Shown here piece by piece: positions 38,302 through 46,844 of a stretch of 55,196 bases of DNA. Source of the DNA: Patescibacteria group bacterium (GTDB taxonomy: Bacteria; Patescibacteriota; Patescibacteriia; PEXW01); assembly GCA_038063455.1 (NCBI GenBank), contig JBBTVB010000006.1, positions 105,234-160,429 of the forward strand, written 5' to 3'. The position numbers and the translations under genes are program-made. Under the pieces are notes generated by a model, which saw only the letters and a program-made list of their open reading frames with translations, had not been told where the DNA came from and did no database searches. Every line of letters starts with the position of its first letter. Within the stretch, counting starts at the first letter, position 1.

Positions 38302-38436
38302 CTAGTTCGCGAAACCGCCGACGTACACGGCGTAGCCCAGGGCCGCGCCGAGGGCCACGACCGAGAGCACAGCCACCGCGATGCCGAGCTTGAGGCCCGA
38401 GGTCAACTTGGTTACTTGGGTTGTTTGGGTTTCCAT
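38302..38436 (-). CDS. unannotated 44-aa single-TM protein just downstream of the protease gene
   Basis: Below the ORF-track size cut-off. My translation is METQTTQVTKLTSGLKLGIAVAVLSVVALGAALGYAVYVGGFAN*. Third positions are GC-rich like the core genes. The ATG is 7 nt after the protease stop and there is no clear SD. Confidence 0.35.
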   Translation of the reverse strand: METQTTQVTKLTSGLKLGIAVAVLSVVALGAALGYAVYVGGFAN

Positions 38437-38443
38437 AGGTATA

Positions 38444-41400
38444 TTATTGCGCCGTGGCAGACGAGGCGTCAAGCAGTTTCACCGCCTTCGGGTTGTTTAT
38501 CGTCACTTTGGGCGTGAGCTTGCTGGTAAGCTCGGCCAGGGTCAGGTTCGGGTTCTTAGCTAGGGCTAGGGCGGCAGTGCCAGTGACGTAGGTGGCGCTC
38601 AGCGACGTGCCTTGCAGCACCACGCCAGTAGCATTCCCTGGCGCGGCAATGGATGCACCCGTGTTGCTATAGCTGGTCAGGCTGGCGCCATTGGCCGTGG
38701 TGGCGGCCACCGAGAACACCCCGGCTACGTTTGCCGGCATCACTCGACTCATGGCCGTGCCATCATTGCCGGCCGCGGCAACAACGAACAGCCCGCTGGC
38801 TTTGGCGTACTTCACCACGTCGGCCAGCAAGGCGGAAGTGCCGTAGCCACTAAAGGGCAGTTCAGCAATGTCTGCGCCGCGCACCGTTGCGTACACCAAC
38901 CCATTGGCCACGCCGGTAACAAAGCCCCGGCCTTTGCAGTCCAGCACTTTCACCGGGATAACCTGGCTGCGGCTGGCCACGCCAGTTTTCGTGGTGAGCA
39001 TGCGGGCCAAGGCAGTGCCATGCCCATTGCAGTCTACGGTAACGGGGCTAGCATTTATAACGTTCAGGCCGACAATATCGTCAATGTAGCCGTTGCCGTC
39101 GTCGTCTTTCTTGTTGATGGCGCGCTCTTTCGACTGCGCCAAAGTGGCTTGCACAACAGCCTGCGCGTTACTCACGCCACTATCGAGGAGTGCAACCTTC
39201 ACATCACGGGCAATGGCGCCTTCGCCAATAGCTGGGCAGGCACGCTTGGCCAGCAGCAACGCATCGGCAACGTTAGCCGTCCCATCGGCATTTACATCGC
39301 CGCGGGCCGCCGGGCTGGGCTTGGGGCCTTTGGTAAAGAAGCCAGCATGCAGGAACTTCACGTCACGACAGTCAACCAGGCTGTCGGCATTGGCATCGCC
39401 AGCCAGCACGCTGGTTACCGTCTGCTGTGCCTGCAGGCTACTGATAAACGCGTACGCATCGGCAGCATCGGCTGTGCCGTCGCCATTGACGTCGGCAGTG
39501 GCCGAGAGCGTGCCGGTCTGCCATACTCCGGCCACCAGCACGTCGGCATCAACCCAATTCACCTTGCCGTCGCCATTCAGGTCTGGCAGAGCTTTTGTGG
39601 CTTTGTGGAGCTTGAGCAAGCGCACCAGGTCAAAGGTATCGCGGATATTCGCTACGCCATCACCATTGATGTCGGTCGGGGTTTTGACGCTTACCAGAAT
39701 ATCTTTGGGGTCAACCAGGCCATCGCCATTCGCGTCACCTGGCAGTGTTGTAAACGTGGTATCCCGCTTCAACTTTTCGTTGAGGACCATCACGTCCATT
39801 GCGCTCACCACTGCATCGCAATTCACATCTCCGCGCTCCACGGGGTTTGCACTGGGAGCTTTGGCGTAGACGATCTTGGCCAACTGCGAGAGGTCCGCAT
39901 CCGTCACCGAGCCATTCCCGTCAACGTCACCCGTGAGGAAGGTGGTCGCACTCACGGTTCGAACATCTGCACACACTGGCGCAGATTGGGACTGGTAGAC
40001 GTACGTAACCAGCACGGTCAGGTCAGCAATGTCCACGCTGCCGTCGCCATCCACATCAGCTTTGGTCAGATCCGGCGCCGGGCCTTGGTTGAATAAGTAG
40101 TTCACGAGGTACGTCACGTCGGCAACGTTGACAACGCCATCGACATTGAGGTCTGCCGCCTGCACGCGCGTACGGAACTGTGCGAACAGCATATCGATCA
40201 TGGCGGTGAGGTCAGCGATATCGACCGAGCCATCAACGTCTAGATCATCACGGCCCAAGGGGCTGGGGGCCGGGCCACCGCTGAAAAGGTAGGCGACTAG
40301 GTGGTCAATGTCAGCGTTCGTCACCCGACCATCAGCGTTGCTGTCAGCCAGCAGGAAAGCTGGGGGCGTTACCGGCTGGCTGGTGGATTCTGTCGTTTCG
40401 CTCACATTGGCTGTGGGGGCTATGGCTGCCGCCTGCACACCGCCAACATCCTTGTAGAGTGTGCTGATTAAAATGGTCAAGTCGGCAATGTCCACCGTGC
40501 CGTCTAAATCCATGTCAGCCAAACCCAAGGGGCTGGGGGCCGGGCCGCCGCTAAAGAGGTAAGCAATGACGAAATCCACATCCCGCTGGTCAACCTTGCC
40601 ATCGGCATTCGCATCACCACGGCCGTAATTCAGAGCGGCCCCAGCGCTGGTATACACGGCATTCACTGCCATAGTTAGGTCGGCAATGTCCACGCTGCCA
40701 TCTTTGTCGTAGTCCGCAATGCTCAGCGGGCTGGGGGCTTTCCCGCCGCTATACAAGTACGCGGTTAAAAAGTTAACGTCGTCGCTGGTATACTGGCCAT
40801 CACCCGTCAGGTCGGCATAGCCGGTAGTAGCACTGGCATAGAGCGAGCTGACCAGTGCCGTAACATCCGCCAGATCAATGGAGCCGTCGCGATTGACGTC
40901 AGCCGCTGCCAAGCTCTTGGGTTGCGGCCCGTTGTTGAACATGTAGTTAATAAGAATGCGCAAATCTTTCCCGTCCACCGCTTTGTCAACATTGCAATCC
41001 CCGGCTGCTACGTAGGCAGCATCCTGTGCGTCGGTAAGTTTAATCACGGCTCCAGATGCGCTGCTGGCGACACCTGGATTTGCCGCGGCCTGGACGTAGC
41101 GGTTCGTTTCGGCTTTTTCAATACTGGCTTGCTTGCCGAGCAACGTAATAATCTGGTTCAGGTCAGCGGTCGGCGGGTCAATGCGCAGCACGTACCACTG
41201 GCTGAGCACTTTGGCCGTGGCTTGCACGTCTGCGGCTGTGCCGCGCTTGGCACGTTGGTCAAAAGCCAGACTCGTCAACGTGATCTTACTATCCAGCACC
41301 GGGGTTAAACTCTTATAGGTTGGAACCTTCTTGGTCACGGTCTCAACTGTCTGGGTTACGGTGCGCAAGCCAACGCGTTTTTTAACGTTCTGGAGGGTCG

Positions 41401-41713
41401 TCACGTTCACTGCCGTTGCCAGCGCGGTCTTTACCGCCTGCACCCGGGCCAGGCCGGTGGTGCCGGCTTTAAAACGAACTAGAACTTCGCCCAGTACCGC
41501 CCCGTTTGCAGACTTCGCAGCCAGCGGGGTTACATTTTTAATAATCTGGGTCTTGGGCAACGCCGCCACCAGCAATGCGCCGCCAATAACCCCGGCGCTC
41601 ACCATAGCCACCGCGGTCATTACCACCATGGAGAGACGCACAGCGGAGTACGTGGGCGCCTTCGTCTTCACGATTACTTTTTTCGAGGGTTTTACTGCCA
41701 TACACTGAGACAA
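38444..41713 (-). CDS. secreted multi-dockerin S8 (subtilisin-family) serine protease
   Basis: 1089 aa. N-terminal TM/signal anchor. I9-propeptide-like VLVRFKAG... / YVLRIDPP...IEKAETNRYVQAA. Dockerin-like repeats span about aa 238-824. The S8 triad lies in VALLDSGV, NGHGTALA and GTSLSATYVTGTAALAL. Confidence 0.9.
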   Translation of the reverse strand: MSQCMAVKPSKKVIVKTKAPTYSAVRLSMVVMTAVAMVSAGVIGGALLVAALPKTQIIKNVTPLAAKSANGAVLGEVLVRFKAGTTGLARVQAVKTALATAVNVTTLQNVKKRVGLRTVTQTVETVTKKVPTYKSLTPVLDSKITLTSLAFDQRAKRGTAADVQATAKVLSQWYVLRIDPPTADLNQIITLLGKQASIEKAETNRYVQAAANPGVASSASGAVIKLTDAQDAAYVAAGDCNVDKAVDGKDLRILINYMFNNGPQPKSLAAADVNRDGSIDLADVTALVSSLYASATTGYADLTGDGQYTSDDVNFLTAYLYSGGKAPSPLSIADYDKDGSVDIADLTMAVNAVYTSAGAALNYGRGDANADGKVDQRDVDFVIAYLFSGGPAPSPLGLADMDLDGTVDIADLTILISTLYKDVGGVQAAAIAPTANVSETTESTSQPVTPPAFLLADSNADGRVTNADIDHLVAYLFSGGPAPSPLGRDDLDVDGSVDIADLTAMIDMLFAQFRTRVQAADLNVDGVVNVADVTYLVNYLFNQGPAPDLTKADVDGDGSVDIADLTVLVTYVYQSQSAPVCADVRTVSATTFLTGDVDGNGSVTDADLSQLAKIVYAKAPSANPVERGDVNCDAVVSAMDVMVLNEKLKRDTTFTTLPGDANGDGLVDPKDILVSVKTPTDINGDGVANIRDTFDLVRLLKLHKATKALPDLNGDGKVNWVDADVLVAGVWQTGTLSATADVNGDGTADAADAYAFISSLQAQQTVTSVLAGDANADSLVDCRDVKFLHAGFFTKGPKPSPAARGDVNADGTANVADALLLAKRACPAIGEGAIARDVKVALLDSGVSNAQAVVQATLAQSKERAINKKDDDGNGYIDDIVGLNVINASPVTVDCNGHGTALARMLTTKTGVASRSQVIPVKVLDCKGRGFVTGVANGLVYATVRGADIAELPFSGYGTSALLADVVKYAKASGLFVVAAAGNDGTAMSRVMPANVAGVFSVAATTANGASLTSYSNTGASIAAPGNATGVVLQGTSLSATYVTGTAALALAKNPNLTLAELTSKLTPKVTINNPKAVKLLDASSATAQ
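39242..41002 (-). repeat. array of ~18 dockerin-type EF-hand loop-helix segments (~9 dockerin modules), protein-level repeat
   Basis: Hand count of D-x-[ND]-x-DG-x-[VI]-x-x-x-D segments. The recurring unit is GDANADGKVDQRDVDFVIAYLFSGGPAPSPLGLADMDLDGTVDIADLTILISTLY. Confidence 0.85.
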
Positions 41714-41895
41714 TTAAGACGAGCAAGAAAACACGAACGTTGAGCACGTTCGGATAAAAGGTAATGTCGGTGAGCCAGCCCATCCCTGCTCATACTGCTG
41801 AGGTTTATTGTAGTTTCTAAATACATTCTACCACATCTGAACCAAAAAAGCAAATATGCCTTGTCATTTGCTGCACCGCATCCTACCCTTCTCCC

Positions 41896-42789
41896 ATGCT
41901 GCTTCGTGTCATTGCTATTGTTGGCCCAACCGCTAGCGGCAAATCCGCGCTGGCGCTTCGCTTGGCCAAAAAACTTGACGGGGAAATTGTCTCTGCCGAC
42001 TCCCGCCAAGTCTACCGCGGGCTGGATATTGGGAGCGGCAAAGTAACCCGGCAGGAACGGCGCACTATCCCCCACCACCTGCTAGATGTGGCTGACCCGA
42101 AACGCGTGTATAGCGTTGCGCAGTTTGTGCAGGATGGAAAACGCGCAATCAGAGCCGTGCATAAGTGTAAAAAAATACCCATTGTGGTTGGGGGCACTGG
42201 TTTTTGGCTGGATGCGCTGCTTCGGGGACAAAGCCTACCAAGGGTGGCGCCAAATGCGACACTGCGCAAGCGACTGGCTACACTCTCAACTAAACAGCTC
42301 TTTGCCAGGCTCCAGCGCTTGGACCCAGAGCGCGCCAAAACCATTGACCGCCATAATCCGGTTCGGCTTATCCGCGCGCTGGAGATTGTCTTGGCAACAA
42401 AAAAACCCGTACCGCAGCGAACAGAAAAATTGGCATACGACGTGCTGTGGCTCGGCCTGCGGCCCAATCAAAAAAAATTGTACATTGCTATACGTAAGCG
42501 GCTGCTTCAGCGCATGCGCCAAGGCATGGTTGCCGAAGTTCGTACGCTCTTAAAAAATGGCGTCCCCGCTAAACGGCTTATCGAGCTGGGTCTGGAATAT
42601 CGCTTCGTCACGCTCTACCTGCAAGGCGCGTTGACCAAGGCGGCCATGCTAGAGCAGCTGGAGCACGCCATTCAGCAATACGCCAAACGCCAAATGACGT
42701 GGTTCAGACGTCACAAAGATATTCACTGGGGTGATAGTTACCAATCAATTTGGGCGGCGATAAAACAACAAAAAAGGAGTGGTGGCTAA
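41896..42789 (+). CDS. miaA: tRNA dimethylallyltransferase
   Basis: IAIVGPTASGKSALALRLAKKLDGEIVSADSRQVYRGLDIGSGK. Confidence 0.93.
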   Translation: MLLRVIAIVGPTASGKSALALRLAKKLDGEIVSADSRQVYRGLDIGSGKVTRQERRTIPHHLLDVADPKRVYSVAQFVQDGKRAIRAVHKCKKIPIVVGGTGFWLDALLRGQSLPRVAPNATLRKRLATLSTKQLFARLQRLDPERAKTIDRHNPVRLIRALEIVLATKKPVPQRTEKLAYDVLWLGLRPNQKKLYIAIRKRLLQRMRQGMVAEVRTLLKNGVPAKRLIELGLEYRFVTLYLQGALTKAAMLEQLEHAIQQYAKRQMTWFRRHKDIHWGDSYQSIWAAIKQQKRSGG

Positions 42790-42825
42790 CACTCCTTTGG
42801 TCTATGCTTTTTCTGTTTTGAAGAT

Positions 42826-43485
42826 TCAACGGTGCAATTTCCAAATTGCTCCGGCAATGATAGTGAATGTGAATTCTAGGTATGCGCTCATCCAATAAGG
42901 CATAGAATCTGCAGAAGTAATACCCGGCATTGGTGGTATCACATTTAGGATATCTAGAACCCCAAAAACAAAGGTTAAGGTCCCAAAAAATATACATGCT
43001 ACACAAACTGCCTTAGTGGATCTCGAGAGATTAGCCCACGGCCGAGCGTATATCTTGGTGTTCGCCCAAAACTCGACGGTCACCATCTGATCATGTATAT
43101 CTGGAATATCCCGTACCCGAATAATTTTTGTCGTTCGTACTTCACTTAAGTATGACTGTGATTCTGCACGAATAACCTTGATTTGGGATCGACCTGGTGA
43201 CCAATATAGAAGGTACAGTATGCAGACAATCCCAACCACTACTAGCGAGCGCCAAGCCATATTCCATTCTCCCAACGCCTGCCCATCATGTCTACCAAAA
43301 AATGCCTGTGCGAACATGACGAACACAAACGTAATGAAGCAAAGATATAACATTTGCCTCAATATAATCGGCCAAAGAATGTTCTGACGAAAAGGCTTGA
43401 ACCGCATTAACCCAATTAACTCAATCACTCTTAAACCTCTCTTTTTCAAGGATCGATGAATTTTGTTTACCCTATTTTTTAGCAT
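42826..43485 (-). CDS. hypothetical membrane protein
   Basis: 219 aa with four hydrophobic segments. AT-rich islet between miaA and gatB. A YdbS/bPH-like loop is only a guess. Confidence 0.5.
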   Translation of the reverse strand: MLKNRVNKIHRSLKKRGLRVIELIGLMRFKPFRQNILWPIILRQMLYLCFITFVFVMFAQAFFGRHDGQALGEWNMAWRSLVVVGIVCILYLLYWSPGRSQIKVIRAESQSYLSEVRTTKIIRVRDIPDIHDQMVTVEFWANTKIYARPWANLSRSTKAVCVACIFFGTLTFVFGVLDILNVIPPMPGITSADSMPYWMSAYLEFTFTIIAGAIWKLHR

Positions 43486-43576
43486 ACAATAACCAAGATG
43501 TCAACCCTAAAAGTACAAAAATCTACCGCTATATTTAGCTAGCCCCCGCTTGTAGAAACTGCTTTGTAGGTCGAGA

Positions 43577-45118
43577 TTATAAACTAATATCCAACTTCCC
43601 CGCCAGTAGTTCCCGCACCAACGTTGGGTCGGCAGTGCCTTTGGAAAGCTTCATAACCTGGCCAACCAGAAATTGTGCCTTGGCCACTTTGCCGGCTTTG
43701 ACCTCGGCAACAATGTCGGCATTCTCCTGCAACGTACGGTCGACCAGTTGCACAATGCTGGCAGCATCGGTGACTTGCGTTAAGTCCCCTGCCCGCATAA
43801 TCTCCTGGGGGTTTTCCCCGCTCTCCACCATACGCTTGAGCACCACCTGCGCCGACGTGGTGTTGAGCTTTCGCTCGGCCAGCAAGGTAAGGAACTCGGC
43901 AAAATTCTCCGCGCTCACGCCCGCTTGGCTAAAGGTTTTTCCTTGCTCGGCCAGCGTGCCCAGCAGCCGGGTCGTCACCCAGGTCGCTGCCTGCTGCATC
44001 AGCTTGGCATTGGCTTTGGTCCACTCTTCTTCTGGCCGCTCTTCCCCGCCCAGCCGCGTGGTTACCCAGCGCTGCAGCTCAGAGACCACATGTTCAAACC
44101 AGTCCGCAATGGCCAGGTCATCGGTGAGTAAAAATGCATCGCTGACGCTCACGTTGTACTGCGCCATAAAACGCTGGCGCTTAGGCCGTGGCAGCTCCAC
44201 CACGTACTTGTCGACACTGGCCAGGAAACTGGGGGTGAGGGCAATGGGTGGAATATCCGGCTCGGCAAAATACCGGTAGTCCGCGCTGTCTTCTTTAACC
44301 CGCTGCTCCACCGTAACACTGCGCCGGTCATCCCACCCGCGGGTGGACGTGACCGTCGGCGGGGTGCCCGCATTCCACAAATCAACCTGACGCGTTATTT
44401 CGTACGCCAACGCGCGCTCTACATGACGGAAAGAATTCAAGTTCTTAATTTCGGTTTTAGGAAACAAGCCTTGAGCATTTGGCTGGATTGGCGCAGCGGC
44501 CAGGTCTTCGGGTGCCGGTCGAAGAGAAATGTTTGCATCACACCGCAAGTGGCCAGACTCCATATCGGCCTGCGAAATGCCGAGGTACCGGGCAATGCGC
44601 TGCAATTCTTGCAAAACGAGTTTCGCCTCGGCCGGCGTGTCGATAAGTGGGAGCGTAACGAGCTCGATAAGCGGCGTGCCTGCCCGGTTACAATCCACCA
44701 AGACATTCCCGTCGGCCGCTCGAATATTCTTTGCCGAATCTTCCTCGATATGCACCCGCTCGAACTGCACGCGGTGGGGTTTGCCATCCAGGTCGACCAA
44801 AAAATGCCCGCGCTGGCCAATGGGCTTGTCGAACTGGGAAATCTGGTAGCCCTTGGGCAGGTCCGGATAGGCGTAGTGCTTGCGGTCAAAGACGGTAACC
44901 TCCGGCACGGTAAAATCCAAGGCGCGCGCAAAGCGCAAAGCGAGGGCCAGCGCCTCGCGGTTGGGCACGGGCAATGTTCCTGGGTGGCCCAGGCAAATGG
45001 GGCACACTGCACTATTCGGCTGCGCTTCCGGGCCCACATTCGCACACGCACAGAACATCTTGCTCTGCGTGGCTAGTTGGAGGTGTATTTCTAGGCCGAT
45101 GACGGTTTCGAGTTTCAT
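43577..45118 (-). CDS. gatB: Asp-tRNA(Asn)/Glu-tRNA(Gln) amidotransferase subunit B
   Basis: ETVIGLEIHLQLATQSKMFCAC...CPICLGHPGTLPV. Confidence 0.95.
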   Translation of the reverse strand: MKLETVIGLEIHLQLATQSKMFCACANVGPEAQPNSAVCPICLGHPGTLPVPNREALALALRFARALDFTVPEVTVFDRKHYAYPDLPKGYQISQFDKPIGQRGHFLVDLDGKPHRVQFERVHIEEDSAKNIRAADGNVLVDCNRAGTPLIELVTLPLIDTPAEAKLVLQELQRIARYLGISQADMESGHLRCDANISLRPAPEDLAAAPIQPNAQGLFPKTEIKNLNSFRHVERALAYEITRQVDLWNAGTPPTVTSTRGWDDRRSVTVEQRVKEDSADYRYFAEPDIPPIALTPSFLASVDKYVVELPRPKRQRFMAQYNVSVSDAFLLTDDLAIADWFEHVVSELQRWVTTRLGGEERPEEEWTKANAKLMQQAATWVTTRLLGTLAEQGKTFSQAGVSAENFAEFLTLLAERKLNTTSAQVVLKRMVESGENPQEIMRAGDLTQVTDAASIVQLVDRTLQENADIVAEVKAGKVAKAQFLVGQVMKLSKGTADPTLVRELLAGKLDISL

Positions 45119-45837
45119 TGCTTCAAAAAGTCATTAACAAAGCCGACGGCTTCCTTCTGGGTTTCGACCAAGGCATCGTTCGTGTCCAGAAAACCTACTA
45201 TGCTCCCCTGCCGGCGGAACAGCCGGCCAAACCAGGGGCTGCGGTACCGGGTATCGAGCTTTTTCAGGAAGGCAAGCTTTTCAAAAATCGCTTGGTCCTT
45301 TTTCAAACGCTTCCCCAACCGTTTGATAGCAATTGCCGGTGGGCACAGCGCAATAAGTAACAAGTCCGGGCGGTGTTTGAGGGTGAAGCGATTCCCTTCC
45401 AGCTTGAGGAGCTGCTGGAGGGTAACTTTGCCCTGGATGGGTTGGTACGCAAGGGAGGAGGAAACGCCGCGTTCTTGGACGACAAGGATGCCTTGGGCTA
45501 ATGCGGGCAAGATGACCTTCTGGTAGAGAACGTGCCGGTCCAGGCTAAAAGCCATCGCTGTTTCCAGGGCACTGTAGGCGCGGGCATTCTCTTTAATAAT
45601 TTCTTCGCGGATAACGTGGCCAATGCCGGCATGGGTCGGCTCTGCAGAAATCAAAATATCGCTGCCCTGCCAATCGACGGGTTCGGGCAGGCGCTGGTTG
45701 GCCTTGGCAAAGGCCCGCACGTCAAAAACCCGTAGACCCTGTGATTGAGCCCATGTGGCGTACGCGTCTACGACGGTCCCTTTCCCCGAGCCATCAATGC
45801 CATCCACGATGATGAAGGATCCGCGACGTTTTACCAT
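45115..45837 (-). CDS. tmk: dTMP kinase
   Basis: FIIVDGIDGSGKGT P-loop. ATGA overlap with gatB. Confidence 0.88.
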   Translation of the reverse strand: MVKRRGSFIIVDGIDGSGKGTVVDAYATWAQSQGLRVFDVRAFAKANQRLPEPVDWQGSDILISAEPTHAGIGHVIREEIIKENARAYSALETAMAFSLDRHVLYQKVILPALAQGILVVQERGVSSSLAYQPIQGKVTLQQLLKLEGNRFTLKHRPDLLLIALCPPAIAIKRLGKRLKKDQAIFEKLAFLKKLDTRYRSPWFGRLFRRQGSIVGFLDTNDALVETQKEAVGFVNDFLKQ

Positions 45838-45939
45838 AACCCTATTCTAGCATAGCGTTTTGCCATTTCCGGATATTGTTTATGGTCAACAAAAGTCTAC
45901 CTAATCACTAGGGTCATGCCCACCCAACATATTATGGAA

Positions 45940-45969
45940 ACAAAAAGGCACCTCATGTGTAGAGGTGCC
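45940..45969 (-). terminator. intrinsic terminator
   Basis: ggcacctc / gaggtgcc (8 bp), followed on the minus strand by tttttg. Confidence 0.65.
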
Positions 45970-45987
45970 AAAGATCAAAAAATCAAC

Positions 45988-46731
45988 TTACTGCATCTCA
46001 CTAAGAATCTGCATAGTAACAGCACGAACACGAGGGCTGCAATCGGCAAGTTTTACGAAAAATACCCTTTGCCCATCTAGCTCATTTACTGAATATTTTT
46101 GCCCAAGTTTCTGAATCTGCAAGGGCTCAGTAATTGCCTGATAATACCCAGCGGGCAGACAAACAATTGAACCAGTACCTTCTAGCTTACTCTCTAGCTT
46201 TTTTAGGTAACGTTCGATAGTAGCTGAACCAATAATTTTTTTGGGTATGTTCATTGGTCCTACTACAGAATCAGATATACACTGGGCGGCGCGAATAGAT
46301 ACGTGCGCAATGCCATTCAAGACGGTCAATCGCATGGAGTCTGGCGAATAGAATACCGTAACCAAGGCTGTACTAACAAATTGTACTCGAAGCTGGATGG
46401 TGCAGACCGTTTGCCCGTCAGATATCTTGATCTCTGGTATTTTTGTGGGTAGGCGCGGCAGGTCTTCGTGTAAAAGTTCAAGACAAAGGGTGTCACCGGC
46501 CATGGATGGGTGGTATGGACCATATTTCCCATTGGACAAAATAATGAACTGTAATCCGTGTCGAGCAGTATCGCGGTTCACGATTACTTCAAAGTCCGTA
46601 CACTTTACCTTACCAGATTGTTGCACCGCTGATTCATTCTGGACATCAATGACAGCTTGAGCACCGATAGTCTGGCCCGTAATACAAAGCAGAAAGAGTC
46701 CAGCAATAATCCCAAAGAATGCGTTTCGCAT
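45988..46731 (-). CDS. secreted hypothetical protein
   Basis: 247 aa. Signal-like MRNAFFGIIAGLFLLCITGQTIGAQA, RBS GAGGAGG. AT-rich islet. Confidence 0.5.
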   Translation of the reverse strand: MRNAFFGIIAGLFLLCITGQTIGAQAVIDVQNESAVQQSGKVKCTDFEVIVNRDTARHGLQFIILSNGKYGPYHPSMAGDTLCLELLHEDLPRLPTKIPEIKISDGQTVCTIQLRVQFVSTALVTVFYSPDSMRLTVLNGIAHVSIRAAQCISDSVVGPMNIPKKIIGSATIERYLKKLESKLEGTGSIVCLPAGYYQAITEPLQIQKLGQKYSVNELDGQRVFFVKLADCSPRVRAVTMQILSEMQ

Positions 46732-46844
46732 TGTTAATCCTCCTCAGTTTTATAGTTTTTTGTGTATGATTTTCAATTGAACCTAGCAAAAGGTTGTCTC
46801 CATGTCAATACAAGGGGGGTTTTTAACACTGCGAAATGCGAGCC

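Noticed and set aside
38612-40096. 494-aa plus-strand ORF (and 39093..39869)
   Set aside because: Both are antisense to the dockerin/S8 gene. The repeats in the sense frame give clean dockerin motifs, whereas the antisense frame gives none.
39242-41002. Nucleotide periodicity that might suggest a CRISPR or tandem DNA repeat
   Set aside because: The repeats are protein-level (dockerin segments) with divergent DNA. There is no constant repeat/spacer structure, and the frame stays open throughout.
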